64,000 nucleotides of DNA from Nostoc sp. DedSLP01 (GCA_034530875.2 JAVRCJ020000006.1:160001-224000); one strand, 5' to 3'. Positions 20,015-29,852 are shown, counted from the stretch's first letter. Translations and numbers: made by a program. Notes: generated by a model from the letters alone, not told the origin.

Positions 20015-21061
20015 ATGTCCCAAAAAAACGAAATACCTATTCTTGTTTTATCTATTTTAATTACGGTTGGGTTAATAGCTGGCGGTTTTTGGTGGTTCAG
20101 CAGAAAATCTGGTGTTAATTTAAATCAGATTAATTCTCGCAACACCAACACACCCCAGCCTATATCGCAACAACCTGATACAAATACTTTTGCTTCAGTA
20201 AAGGATGTTCCTACTGGATTATTCAATTATGGAGGGAGTACTTCTTGGGCACCGATTCGATTAATAGTTGACCCAGCAATTCAAGCAGCACGAGGAGAAT
20301 TTAGGCTGCGCTATGTAGAACCGAGCAATGGATCTCCCGGTTCTGGTACTGGTATTGGGTCGTTAATAGATGGTCAACTAGCTTTTGCCCAGTCTTCTCG
20401 ACCAATCTTAGATGAGGAATTTAGCCGCGCCCAGCAGCGTGGGTTTACTTTGAAACAAATTCCTGTGGCAATTGATGGTTTGGCAGTTGCAGTCAACCCA
20501 AATCTCAATATTCCAGGATTAACGATAGACCAGTTAAAGTCAATTTACACTGGCAAAATCAATAACTGGAGCCAGGTTGGTGGTTCTAATATCCCAATCA
20601 AACCTTATTCCCGCCAGATTGTTGATGGCGGCACCGTAGAACTTTTCGTCCAAGACATCTTGGGTGGTCAAGCTTTCGGCTCCAATGTGGAATTTGTCTC
20701 CACAACCACCCAAGCCCTGCAAAAATTGGCTGGTAGTCCTGGTGGCATTTACTACGCTTCTGCCCCAGAGGTCGTTCCTCAATGTTCGATTAGAGCCTTG
20801 CCGTTGGGGCGTACACAAGGACAATATATTCCTCCTTACCAAGAACCATTTGTCCTCCCGTCTGAATGTCCTGGTAAACGAAACAAGTTAAACATTGAGG
20901 GTTTTCAATCAGGAAAGTACCCGATTACCCGGAATCTGTTTGTGGTGGTCAAACAGAATGGTCAGACTGAGCAGCAAGCAGGTGTCGCTTACGCCAACTT
21001 ACTGCTGACTGAACAGGGACAGGAACTGATTACCCAAGCTGGGTTTGTCAAAATTCGCTGA
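20015..21061 (+). CDS. membrane-anchored PstS-like (type II) solute-binding protein
   Basis: 'YGGSTSWAP', 'GSGTG', 'FAQSSRP', 'VAIDGLAVAVNP', 'YPITRNLFVV'. Confidence 0.88.
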   Translation: MSQKNEIPILVLSILITVGLIAGGFWWFSRKSGVNLNQINSRNTNTPQPISQQPDTNTFASVKDVPTGLFNYGGSTSWAPIRLIVDPAIQAARGEFRLRYVEPSNGSPGSGTGIGSLIDGQLAFAQSSRPILDEEFSRAQQRGFTLKQIPVAIDGLAVAVNPNLNIPGLTIDQLKSIYTGKINNWSQVGGSNIPIKPYSRQIVDGGTVELFVQDILGGQAFGSNVEFVSTTTQALQKLAGSPGGIYYASAPEVVPQCSIRALPLGRTQGQYIPPYQEPFVLPSECPGKRNKLNIEGFQSGKYPITRNLFVVVKQNGQTEQQAGVAYANLLLTEQGQELITQAGFVKIR

Positions 21062-21100
21062 CACTGCGATCGCTCTTGGCGATGTCTAGCCCATAGCATT

Positions 21101-21134
21101 CAGACAGAGTGGCAGAAATCGCCCCTCTGAACTG
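21101..21134. terminator. hairpin between the convergent pstS-like gene and devH
   Basis: cagagtggc...gcccctctg stem. Confidence 0.45.
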
Positions 21135-21138
21135 TGCT

Positions 21139-21858
21139 TTAACTGGCTCTGTTAATCGACTCTGCTGGTAAGCAAATGAGATTATCGCCTTGGGTGAGAA
21201 TTAAGCCACGTTGACGTAGCTTGCCCATTAGGCGGGTGACGGTGACACGAGTCGAACCAATCGCGCTACCAATTTGGGCATGGGTAAGAGGAAAAGGCAG
21301 ACAATAACCGCGAATTACATCAGGATCGGTGTCGCTCATCGCCGGCTCGCCATATTCCTCAATCAACAATGTGAGAAATCCTAAGAGTCGGTCAATTGTG
21401 CGGCGTTGTCCCAAAGCGCTCAGCCACAGCAGTTTGCGCTGGTGCTGATATCTAAAGGCATCCATAACTTCGCGGCGGAAGTGAGGCCAGTTGTCTAAGT
21501 CGTGCCAGTACATCCACAACACCGCAGTTTGATCGACGTGGGCGTAAGCCTGGAGTGTGAATGGTGACTGAGCAACAATTTCAAATGGCTGTCCAGCTCC
21601 AACAAAACCCAAAAACGCTTCTTCTGGAGTTCTGTTGATTCGTCGAGACGTTAGCTGGCTAGCAGTCGCACTAACTTGGGCGGTTCCTACCATACGGATT
21701 GCACCCCTTTGCACCAAATATAGCAATCCAGGTCGGGCTGGAATGCGCTCATCTTTGCTGAAGGTGCGGCATCGGTAGTGTTCCTGAGCCCAGTCAAGAA
21801 TTCGTTGCCAAGTTAAAAAAGGCCGTGATGCCTCGGAAAAAGAAGATGGAGATTGCAT
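21139..21858 (-). CDS. devH: Crp/NtcA-family transcription factor DevH
   Basis: 239 aa from MQSPSSFSE; HTH 'LTHAQIGSAIGSTRVTVTRLMG'; sequence and neighbourhood (pacR, DALR-like gene) match my recollection of Nostoc devH. Confidence 0.85.
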   Translation of the reverse strand: MQSPSSFSEASRPFLTWQRILDWAQEHYRCRTFSKDERIPARPGLLYLVQRGAIRMVGTAQVSATASQLTSRRINRTPEEAFLGFVGAGQPFEIVAQSPFTLQAYAHVDQTAVLWMYWHDLDNWPHFRREVMDAFRYQHQRKLLWLSALGQRRTIDRLLGFLTLLIEEYGEPAMSDTDPDVIRGYCLPFPLTHAQIGSAIGSTRVTVTRLMGKLRQRGLILTQGDNLICLPAESINRAS

Positions 21859-22029
21859 AGGTAACAAAGAGCGTTCGGCTGAAGACAAAGACGTAATAAA
21901 AAGGTGCAAGGAGTGTCTTTGTGTTGGCGATGCTGGCTTAACGCCTAATAACAGCGCCAGCCATCCAAAGAACAGAAAGCAAAGAATCACTCTCTATTCT
22001 TTTGTTATACTTCCTACTGTACAATGATG

Positions 22030-22043
22030 GTAGTAAAGTTTAC
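22030..22043. promoter_or_regulatory. putative NtcA/DevH-type box GTA-N8-TAC upstream of devH
   Basis: GTAgtaaagttTAC, ~170 bp upstream of the devH start. Confidence 0.55.
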
Positions 22044-22174
22044 TCACTATTCATCGATTATTCATCAAATTTTATCCTACTCTCATTTTTCTTCATCTAG
22101 ATTAAACCTATATCCGGAGATAGGTGACACCAAATTGACAAATATCTTTTCCCAAACCATTTACGTAAAAGTTC

Positions 22175-23119
22175 GTGAGTAAAAAAATACAAGCATTCAA
22201 CCATATATCATTTAGGCAGCTAGTATATGAATGTTTAAGCGAATTTTTAAGTATTAGTACTGAGGATATACAAAATAAATACAAAGAAGACCAAAAAATT
22301 TCTCTACATAAAAATAGAAACGATCGCAAAATTTTGTATACCTCTGGTTTGGCGTTGCGAGCCTCAAACTCTCAGAATCAAAGAGCAATGGAGTTTGCCA
22401 GCGCGATCGCTTTTCATGTATCCGCAAGCTGTGGCGGGGTTTTCAACGTGCAAATAGTTCCCCCTGGTTGGATACATTTTGAATTGACTGACTCAGCCTT
22501 GGCAAGTTGGTTACAAAACTTAGCAGTTGGGAAGGGGGAGATGGGGAGATGGGGAAGTGTGGGGAGTGTGGGGAGTGTGGGGAGAGAGGGGGGAAAGATT
22601 TCTTCCCCATCCTCCCAGACCTCCCACACCTCCTGCCTCCCCCATGCCCCATGCCCTATAACTAATTCCTTATTTCCCGTTCAACATGCTCATGCGCGTT
22701 GCTGTTCGCTAGTGCTGCTGGCTCACCGGGAGGGATTAATTCAACTTAGAGAACCACTTGTAAATAGCAGTCCCAGTTTTTGGAGCGTTATTTCCCCCGA
22801 TCCCATACCTTGGCTTAACTGCGATGGAAGATTGCGGCTAAATCATCCAGATGAGCTTTGTCTACTTAGCGAGTTAGTACAGGCGGTAGACAGCATAGAA
22901 TGTCCCGATATTAGAAGTTATGTGAAATGGGAAAAGACAGGATTGAATTTGAGCCAAGCTTTTGAAAACTTCTGGCGTAATTGCCGCATTTGGGGTGAAG
23001 TGAAAATTGTTTCACCAGAGGTAGCCCAAGCTAGGTTGGGATTGCTTATGGCTGCTCAGTCAGTGTTAAAATTTGTACTAGAGGAAAACTTGAGAATTTT
23101 TGCGCCATTGGAACTATAA
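22175..23119 (+). CDS. DALR anticodon-binding domain protein (ArgRS-derived, no catalytic core) with an in-frame repeat insertion
   Basis: 'PGWIHF' ArgRS N-domain motif, 'VQHAHARCCS', 'F..FWRNCRI', 'ARLGL', 'APLEL'; no HIGH motif. Confidence 0.75.
   Translation: MSKKIQAFNHISFRQLVYECLSEFLSISTEDIQNKYKEDQKISLHKNRNDRKILYTSGLALRASNSQNQRAMEFASAIAFHVSASCGGVFNVQIVPPGWIHFELTDSALASWLQNLAVGKGEMGRWGSVGSVGSVGREGGKISSPSSQTSHTSCLPHAPCPITNSLFPVQHAHARCCSLVLLAHREGLIQLREPLVNSSPSFWSVISPDPIPWLNCDGRLRLNHPDELCLLSELVQAVDSIECPDIRSYVKWEKTGLNLSQAFENFWRNCRIWGEVKIVSPEVAQARLGLLMAAQSVLKFVLEENLRIFAPLEL
22531..22658. repeat. G-rich/C-rich composite inverted repeat inside the CDS
   Basis: 22561-22631 matches 57071-57141 with one mismatch; related elements at 39604-39692 and 58142-58258. 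Confidence 0.85.
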
Positions 23120-23136
23120 AAACTTTCTCATAGCTA

Positions 23137-23165
23137 TTGACTCAATGCATTACCTCGGCTACATT
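23137..23165 (+). promoter_or_regulatory. sigma70-type promoter for the Yfr2-like RNA
   Basis: TTGACT-N17-TACATT, 7 nt before GTGTGAGGAG. Confidence 0.7.
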
Positions 23166-23172
23166 AGCTCTT

Positions 23173-23240
23173 GTGTGAGGAGCGAACCAGCAGGGGCACC
23201 GAGACGAAACACGGCCAGTCGTCGGTGTCCTTTCTGATTT
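23173..23240 (+). ncRNA. yfr2: Yfr2-family small RNA
   Basis: 5' GUGUGAGGAG (complementary to the Yfr1 core), stem-loop caccga...tcggtg with GAAACA in the loop, U-rich end, own promoter. Confidence 0.75.
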
Positions 23241-23270
23241 ATATGGGTTTGGTTAAAAAAATTGCCCTCA

Positions 23271-24140
23271 CTAAAGCAAAAATTTTTCGATCGCCACTGC
23301 TACTCCGTCTTCATCTACACTAGGAGCTACCCACTGAGCGATCGCTTGCACTGGTACTGGTGCGTTTCCCATAGCTATACCAAAACCAACATACTCTAGC
23401 ATTTCCAAATCGTTGAAGTTATCGCCAATAGCCATAACGTTGGCTAGTTGTAATCCCAATAATTCTTCGGCTAGGTAGCGTACAGCAGTTCCTTTATTCA
23501 CAGCAGCGTTAGTGGCTTCTAAAAAGGTGGCAACAGATGTCGTGAGGTAAAGTTCAGCTGGTGTGTATTGGCGGCGCAAATTCCCCAATACTTTGCTGAT
23601 GAAATTTGTGTCATCACACAAAGCAAGAATTTTTGTCGGTTCATTCGTTAATGCTTTACGTAAATCTCCTACGGGAATTGGGGTAATACCGGAACGTTGT
23701 GCGTAAATTTCGGTTTCATTAGTGATTTCTCGGACGTAAAGTTGGTCGTTGATGTAGAAATGGACAGATAAAAGCGATCGCAATTGTGGTTGTTCAAAAT
23801 AGTCGAGTAGTTTGCAGGCAATTTCTCTCGAAACCACTAAATGGCGATGAATTTTTTGAGTATTGGGGTCTTGAATCCAAGCTCCTTGATAAGCCATTAA
23901 TGGTAATGTAGAGCCGATTTCTTGGTGAAAGCGCAAGGCTGAACGATACATCCGACCTGTAGCGATGGCCACTGGAATGCCTCGTGCTTGTGCCGCAATT
24001 AACGCTTGTTTGACAGGTTCGCTGATAGTGTTGGAGTGTCCGGCGATCGTGCCATCTATATCTACAACGAGTAATTTAATATCTTTTGCAACAGCTTGAT
24101 TACCAGTCGATTCCAGATGTGGGGCAGATGCTTTCTGCAT
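23271..24140 (-). CDS. Cof-type HAD-IIB hydrolase
   Basis: 'DIDGTI', 'ATGR', 'NKG', 'GDNFNDLEM', 'AMGNA'. Confidence 0.92.
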   Translation of the reverse strand: MQKASAPHLESTGNQAVAKDIKLLVVDIDGTIAGHSNTISEPVKQALIAAQARGIPVAIATGRMYRSALRFHQEIGSTLPLMAYQGAWIQDPNTQKIHRHLVVSREIACKLLDYFEQPQLRSLLSVHFYINDQLYVREITNETEIYAQRSGITPIPVGDLRKALTNEPTKILALCDDTNFISKVLGNLRRQYTPAELYLTTSVATFLEATNAAVNKGTAVRYLAEELLGLQLANVMAIGDNFNDLEMLEYVGFGIAMGNAPVPVQAIAQWVAPSVDEDGVAVAIEKFLL

Positions 24141-24227
24141 AAACTTCCTAGATTTAAAGTTACAGTAAGAGGTTATACTATTTTGGATTTTAAATTTGGA
24201 ATCGAGAATAGCGTTTTGATGCCAATA

Positions 24228-24260
24228 AAAAAACCCGATTCTCGAAAGAATCGGGGATTT
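24228..24260 (-). terminator. intrinsic terminator after the PEP-CTERM gene
   Basis: aaaaaa-cccgattct-cgaa-agaatcggg. Confidence 0.75.
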
Positions 24261-24324
24261 ACATTTAAGTTAGATGATTTGACTGATAGATAGAAGAGAA
24301 AAAATCTATCTATTCAACTAAAGT

Positions 24325-25032
24325 CTATGAATTTAATACTTTGGCTGAAATCTTTTTGCGTTGTGATAACAGACAAAGCCCAGCAACTAAACCAATTCCA
24401 AGGGTAGTTGATGCTTCAGGTACAGACTTCAATTCTTCGTAGTTATAAGTTACTTTGACACCTGCTTTGGCATAAGTATCAATATAGGATCTAATGTTAC
24501 CCGATCCTGAAACTAGTGAGTTGGCAATTGCTGAGAACAAAAAGTCAACGTTGCCGTTACCAATAAAAGACTGTAAGAATTGCGTATCAGTGAAAGACTG
24601 AGTACCAAACTGTGTAGCTGTTAAGTTAGAAAGAGTCTTTCCTGATGTGCCAGCATAATCAGTGATGCCATCGTATTTGGCAACTTGGTACTGTGAAGTA
24701 TATTTTGGATTTAATGTCAACAAAGACTGATTATTTAGTTCTAGACTCAATTGACTGCCAAGAGTTACTGTCGCTTGACTTGCGCTGGGACTTCTATTTT
24801 CAAAACCTGCATTACCAAGTATGTCGCCAGTAAATTCTATAGTTACACCTTTGAGCGTACCGAGAGATGAATTAAATTTTTGGATGCTCAAAGGTGCATC
24901 AATAATATCTGTAAATTCGTAATTAGTAGAGCTAGTGTACGAGAGAGAAGCTGCGTTAGCTACTCCAGAAGTTGCAACAATTCCTGCCAAAGTTGTAGCA
25001 GCGCCTAGAGCGTTCAATAGTTTTGTTGTCAT
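24325..25032 (-). CDS. secreted PEP-CTERM sorting-domain protein
   Basis: Signal peptide '...GVANA', C-terminal 'VPEASTTLG' + TM + RKK. Confidence 0.85.
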   Translation of the reverse strand: MTTKLLNALGAATTLAGIVATSGVANAASLSYTSSTNYEFTDIIDAPLSIQKFNSSLGTLKGVTIEFTGDILGNAGFENRSPSASQATVTLGSQLSLELNNQSLLTLNPKYTSQYQVAKYDGITDYAGTSGKTLSNLTATQFGTQSFTDTQFLQSFIGNGNVDFLFSAIANSLVSGSGNIRSYIDTYAKAGVKVTYNYEELKSVPEASTTLGIGLVAGLCLLSQRKKISAKVLNS

Positions 25033-25286
25033 GATAAAAGATGCTTTTAAAAACTGAGCCATTACAGGGTTTACTAAATTATTTTTAACTTGGAAGTCCT
25101 ACTTATAGGGTTGATAAATACACGTAAAATTATGTAAAAGTTTTGTATTTAATTTACCCCAATAAATATATTTTTTTAGTAAAAATATAAAGTTTTGTTA
25201 AGATAACTATCTCGAGGCTGCGAAGAACTTCAATAAAAGAACTGATGCAGTATGTAAATAACGAAGCTTCTGGCTAAAATAGGGCT

Positions 25287-28208
25287 ATGTCTCAAACTCC
25301 TGCTACTGCAACCCCAACACGTCCGACCTTCATTCTGGTAGACGGACACTCTCTGGCTTATCGTTCATACTTTGCTTTTGCCAAAGGGCGAGATGGAGGA
25401 CTACGTACAAAGACGGGGATTCCTACGAGCGTATGTTTTGGTTTTATTAAATGTTTATTGGAAGTAATGGCAACACAACAGCCCCAAGCAATGGCTGTAG
25501 CCTTCGATCTAGGTTTGCCGACCTTCCGTCATGAAACAGATGATACATACAAAGCCGATCGCAAAGAAACGCCAGAAGACTTTATTCCAGACTTAGAAAA
25601 TCTCCACGAGTTACTCGATGGCTTGAATTTACCAATTTATACTGCTCCTGGTTACGAGGCAGATGATGTTTTGGGAACTTTAGCACAGCAAGTTACGGCT
25701 GCTGGGTATAAGGCGAAGATTCTCACTGGCGATCGCGATTTATTTCAACTGATAGATGCCGATAAAGAAATCACAGTTCTAAATTTTAGTCCAGATGCTT
25801 TAAAGCGTTCTACAAATAGCATCACTGAATTTAAAGCAGAACAGGTTAAAGAAAAGCTGGGCGTTTTACCTTCACAAATTGTTGATTATAAAGCACTTTG
25901 TGGTGATAAATCCGATAATATTCCTGGGGTTAAAGGAATTGGGGAAAAGACGGCAGTACAGTTGCTTAATACATATAATTCTCTGGAAAATATTTATGCT
26001 GCGTTAGATGAAATCACAGGCGCAACTCAGAAAAAATTAGCAGCAGGTAAAGAAGACGCTGATAGGTCTCGCTATTTGGCAAAAATTGTTGTAGATGTTC
26101 CTCTAGAATTTGATTTGCAAGCTTGCAAATTAAAAGGATTTGATACCAGCGTTTTATCCCCAATTTTAGAAAAGCTGGAATTTAAATCATTTTTAGGAAA
26201 AATAAACGAACTACAGCAACGTTTTGGCGGTCAAGTTGAAGAAGCGCCAAAAACAGAAACAACAGAAACAGAATCCGAGTTTGAAGACCCGGATCTTTCT
26301 TTTTTCAGTTTTGCTGAAACACAAGCCGCACAACAACAACCTGCTTCATCAATTCAGCCACGCATCATTAACACTGAAGCTAAACTGACTGAATTAGTCA
26401 AGATTTTGCAAAAATTTACTAATCCAGAAATACCTGTTGCTTGGGACACTGAAACTACGGATTTAGAACCAAGAGATGCCGAGTTAGTAGGAATTGGTTG
26501 CTGCTGGGGAACGGAACCAGATGAACTAGCGTATATTCCTCTTGGGCATAAAACCGGAGAAAATTTAAATCAGGATGTGGTCTTAGAAGCACTACGTCCA
26601 ATTCTTGAAAGTGCCGATCATCCTAAAACTTTACAGAATGCTAAATTTGACCGCTTAGTTTTTAAGTGTCAAGGCATTAATTTGGATGGGGTAATATTCG
26701 ATCCGATGTTGGCGAGTTATTTGCTAAATCCAGATTCGAGTCATAATTTAATGGATTTGGCACAGCGATATTTGGGATTAACAGCGAAAAGTTATTTAGA
26801 TTTAGTACCCAAAGGTAAAACCATTGCTGATATAGATATTCCTTTAGTCGCAGATTACTGCGGTATGGATGTTTATTCTACATTTGGTTTAGTGCCAAAA
26901 CTCCGCGCAGAATTGGAAAAATTTCCAGCTTTATCTAAGTTATTAGTAGAAGTGGAACAGCCGCTAGAAGCAGTTTTAGCGCAGATGGAATACATAGGTG
27001 TGCGCATTAATTCAGCTTATTTACAAGAACTTTCGCAGCATTTAGAAACAGAGTTAGTCAGATTAAAAGAGAAAGCAATAGAAATAGCTGGGGAAAACTT
27101 TAATTTGGGTTCTCCTAAACAATTGAGTTCCATTTTATTTGAAAAACTAGGCTTAAGCACCAAATATTCTCGGAAAATTCAAACAGGTTATTCTACAGAT
27201 GCAGCAACGCTAGAAAAACTCCAAGAAATAGATTCAAGTGGATTTGTTGAGGTCATAACTGAGTACCGGACTTTATCTAAATTAAAGTCTACTTATGTAG
27301 ATGCTTTACCTGCGTTGGTGCGTTCAGATACTCAACGGGTACATACTGATTTTAATCAAGCAGCAACATCGACAGGTAGGTTATCTTCTTCTAATCCAAA
27401 TTTACAAAATATCCCGATTCGTACAGCTTTTAGTCGCCAAATTCGCAAGGCATTTTTGCCAGAACCGGGGTGGTTAATGGTGGCTGCTGATTACTCACAA
27501 ATTGAATTGCGAATTTTGGCTCATTTGAGTCAAGAGCCGATATTAGTGCAAGCATATCAGCAAAATGAAGATGTTCACACTGTGACAGGACGATTAGTAT
27601 TTGAAAAAGAAAATATCACATCAGAAGAGCGATCGGTAGCCAAAACTATTAATTTTGGTGTGATATATGGAATGGGTTCTGTCAGATTTTCTCGTTCAAC
27701 TGGAATAGATAGAGCTATTGCCAACGAGTTTATTAAGCGGTTTAATGAACGATATCCTCGAATTTTTGCTTATTTGGAGCGAGTGAAAAAAGAAGCGATC
27801 GCTCAAGGTTATGTAGAAACTATTCTCGGTCGCCGTCGTTATTTTGATTTTACCAACAACAGCTTACGCAAATTAAAAGGCAGCAATCCAGAAGATATTG
27901 ATTTGAGTAAATTGAAAAATTTGGGTGCTTATGATGCCGGTTTACTACGTTCCGCTGCTAATGCACCAATTCAAGGTTCTAATGCTGATATCATCAAAAT
28001 TGCAATGGTGCAACTGCATGAGGTTTTGCAAAAATATCAGGCGCGTTTATTATTACAAGTTCACGATGAATTAGTCTTTGAAATTCCTCGTGATGAATGG
28101 GGAGAATTACAACCGCAAATTAAATCCGTGATGGAAAATGCTGTACAGTTAAGTGTACCGTTGGTAGTTGATGCGCGTGCGGGCGAAAATTGGATGGAAA
28201 CTAAGTAA
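25287..28208 (+). CDS. polA: DNA polymerase I
   Basis: 5'-3' exonuclease 'LVDGHSLAYR', 'EADD'; polymerase 'ADYSQIELRILAH', 'AKTINFGVIYG', 'QVHDELVFE'. Confidence 0.98.
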   Translation: MSQTPATATPTRPTFILVDGHSLAYRSYFAFAKGRDGGLRTKTGIPTSVCFGFIKCLLEVMATQQPQAMAVAFDLGLPTFRHETDDTYKADRKETPEDFIPDLENLHELLDGLNLPIYTAPGYEADDVLGTLAQQVTAAGYKAKILTGDRDLFQLIDADKEITVLNFSPDALKRSTNSITEFKAEQVKEKLGVLPSQIVDYKALCGDKSDNIPGVKGIGEKTAVQLLNTYNSLENIYAALDEITGATQKKLAAGKEDADRSRYLAKIVVDVPLEFDLQACKLKGFDTSVLSPILEKLEFKSFLGKINELQQRFGGQVEEAPKTETTETESEFEDPDLSFFSFAETQAAQQQPASSIQPRIINTEAKLTELVKILQKFTNPEIPVAWDTETTDLEPRDAELVGIGCCWGTEPDELAYIPLGHKTGENLNQDVVLEALRPILESADHPKTLQNAKFDRLVFKCQGINLDGVIFDPMLASYLLNPDSSHNLMDLAQRYLGLTAKSYLDLVPKGKTIADIDIPLVADYCGMDVYSTFGLVPKLRAELEKFPALSKLLVEVEQPLEAVLAQMEYIGVRINSAYLQELSQHLETELVRLKEKAIEIAGENFNLGSPKQLSSILFEKLGLSTKYSRKIQTGYSTDAATLEKLQEIDSSGFVEVITEYRTLSKLKSTYVDALPALVRSDTQRVHTDFNQAATSTGRLSSSNPNLQNIPIRTAFSRQIRKAFLPEPGWLMVAADYSQIELRILAHLSQEPILVQAYQQNEDVHTVTGRLVFEKENITSEERSVAKTINFGVIYGMGSVRFSRSTGIDRAIANEFIKRFNERYPRIFAYLERVKKEAIAQGYVETILGRRRYFDFTNNSLRKLKGSNPEDIDLSKLKNLGAYDAGLLRSAANAPIQGSNADIIKIAMVQLHEVLQKYQARLLLQVHDELVFEIPRDEWGELQPQIKSVMENAVQLSVPLVVDARAGENWMETK

Positions 28209-28916
28209 TTAGAGTTTTCGGCCGATCGGGGACTAGGTAAGCGTTGCAAAACTTCGGAGTTATTGTAGAATTTTAAACCCTCATCGCTAGTCTCTTAAGT
28301 ACAGCTACTACATCAAGATAATACCAAGCTAAACATTAAAAGTTTGGTTAAATCTTGCTTTTTGTAGTCAAATATACTAATATATTTAAACAAATAGTAA
28401 AAACTATTTATTAGTCAGAGAATAATCACTGACATAACTATAAATACATAATTTAAGAGAATTTTTTTAAATAAACCTTGTATAGAATCTGGGGGGTAGA
28501 ACAGTAACAAAATTCTTTAGGAATTTTGAAATCTGCTTTTACTCGCCTTTTTTTATATCCACAGTGGCTGTGGCTGGTTAAAAATCTGCGAAGCCAGTTT
28601 CTAGTTTTTCATGATGTGTGAATGCTGAAAAAGATAAGGAACTTTTGTCATAAGTGTTTTGTTTGAAATTGGATGAGCAAATAAAGGTAAATCTCAAATA
28701 TTGAAAAATTAAATATAGACATATTTGCTATTTTTGAATGTGCGGATGAGGTTGTTTGTTCTACAATTCCTATAGTCTGGTTGAAAATACGCCAAACTAA
28801 GTAGAAGGCAGAAGGTAAAATCCTCAACAGTAAAAGGTTTTGCTGCTTGCTTTGGATTTTACATTTAATTATGTCCGTCTACTTATATGAAAGACAAACT
28901 CACAAGGAATTTTATT

Positions 28917-29852
28917 ATGTATCGGCGTTGGCTCTTATCTGCTTTAGCATTGTTTTTGAGTATAATTTTAATTGCTTGCAATACTGTTAGTACTCAAAAT
29001 CTACCAACAAACGCGACAAATAATAGTGAAACAGCTAATATTAATTCCCAGCAATTACCAAAACGATCGATAAAAAGAGTTGTTGCTCTTTCTTCTTTAT
29101 CAGCTGATATTATTGCTCAACTCGATCAAACAAAAATTGTTGGCATTACTGGTAGCAAGTTATTTAACGATGACCCTCGGTTTAAAAACATTCCTCGTGT
29201 TAGTGAAGGTCAAAATCCTCCGAATTTAGAAAAGATTGTGGCGCTAAAGCCAGATTTAGTTATTGGTGCGGAAGGTTTTTCTACTATTCCAATTCAAAAA
29301 ATTAAGCAATTAGGGATTCAAACTTTGCTTACCCAGGTTAAAAGCTGGGAATCTCTAGAAGAGTTAACTAAAACATTGGCTCGGTTTATTGATGCGGATC
29401 CTCAGCCTTTGTTAAACCTTTATAAAACTTTCTTGCCAGATAAACCTGCTCAGAGTCTTACGGCTTTGGTGTTGGTTAGTCGGCAACCGATTTTAGCACC
29501 GAACAAAAATAGTTGGGCAGGAGATATACTAAGAAAATTTCAGGTGAAAAATCTGGCAGCAGAATTACAAGAAAAAAGCCCGGTTGGCGGGTATGTGACG
29601 CTTTCGGCTGAGAAAGTTTTAGAGGCAAACCCAGAGGCGATAATTTTGGTTAATACTCCGCGAGGTAATTCGGAAGTAGGGCTTTTAGATTCTTTGAAAA
29701 AGGAGGCTTTTTGGAATAAATTGCAAGCAACTCAAAAGAACCGAGTTTATGTATTTGATTATTATGGTTTGGTGAATCCAGGTAGTATAGATGCGATAGA
29801 AAAGGCTTGTCAGCAAATCAAGAAAGATTTGTTTGGAGGAGAGCGTGGTTAG
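28917..29852 (+). CDS. iron/siderophore/cobalamin-type ABC substrate-binding lipoprotein
   Basis: Lipobox LIAC; 'RVVALS', 'NLEKIVALKPDLVI', 'ATQKNRVY'; start 28887 or 28917. Confidence 0.85.
   Translation: MYRRWLLSALALFLSIILIACNTVSTQNLPTNATNNSETANINSQQLPKRSIKRVVALSSLSADIIAQLDQTKIVGITGSKLFNDDPRFKNIPRVSEGQNPPNLEKIVALKPDLVIGAEGFSTIPIQKIKQLGIQTLLTQVKSWESLEELTKTLARFIDADPQPLLNLYKTFLPDKPAQSLTALVLVSRQPILAPNKNSWAGDILRKFQVKNLAAELQEKSPVGGYVTLSAEKVLEANPEAIILVNTPRGNSEVGLLDSLKKEAFWNKLQATQKNRVYVFDYYGLVNPGSIDAIEKACQQIKKDLFGGERG

Noticed and set aside
20015..21061. Canonical pstS of a pstSCAB operon
   Set aside because: No pstC/A/B, no lipobox and no Pho box seen; gene symbol withheld
22175..23119. Functional arginyl-tRNA synthetase (argS)
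   Set aside because: Too short and lacks the catalytic domain
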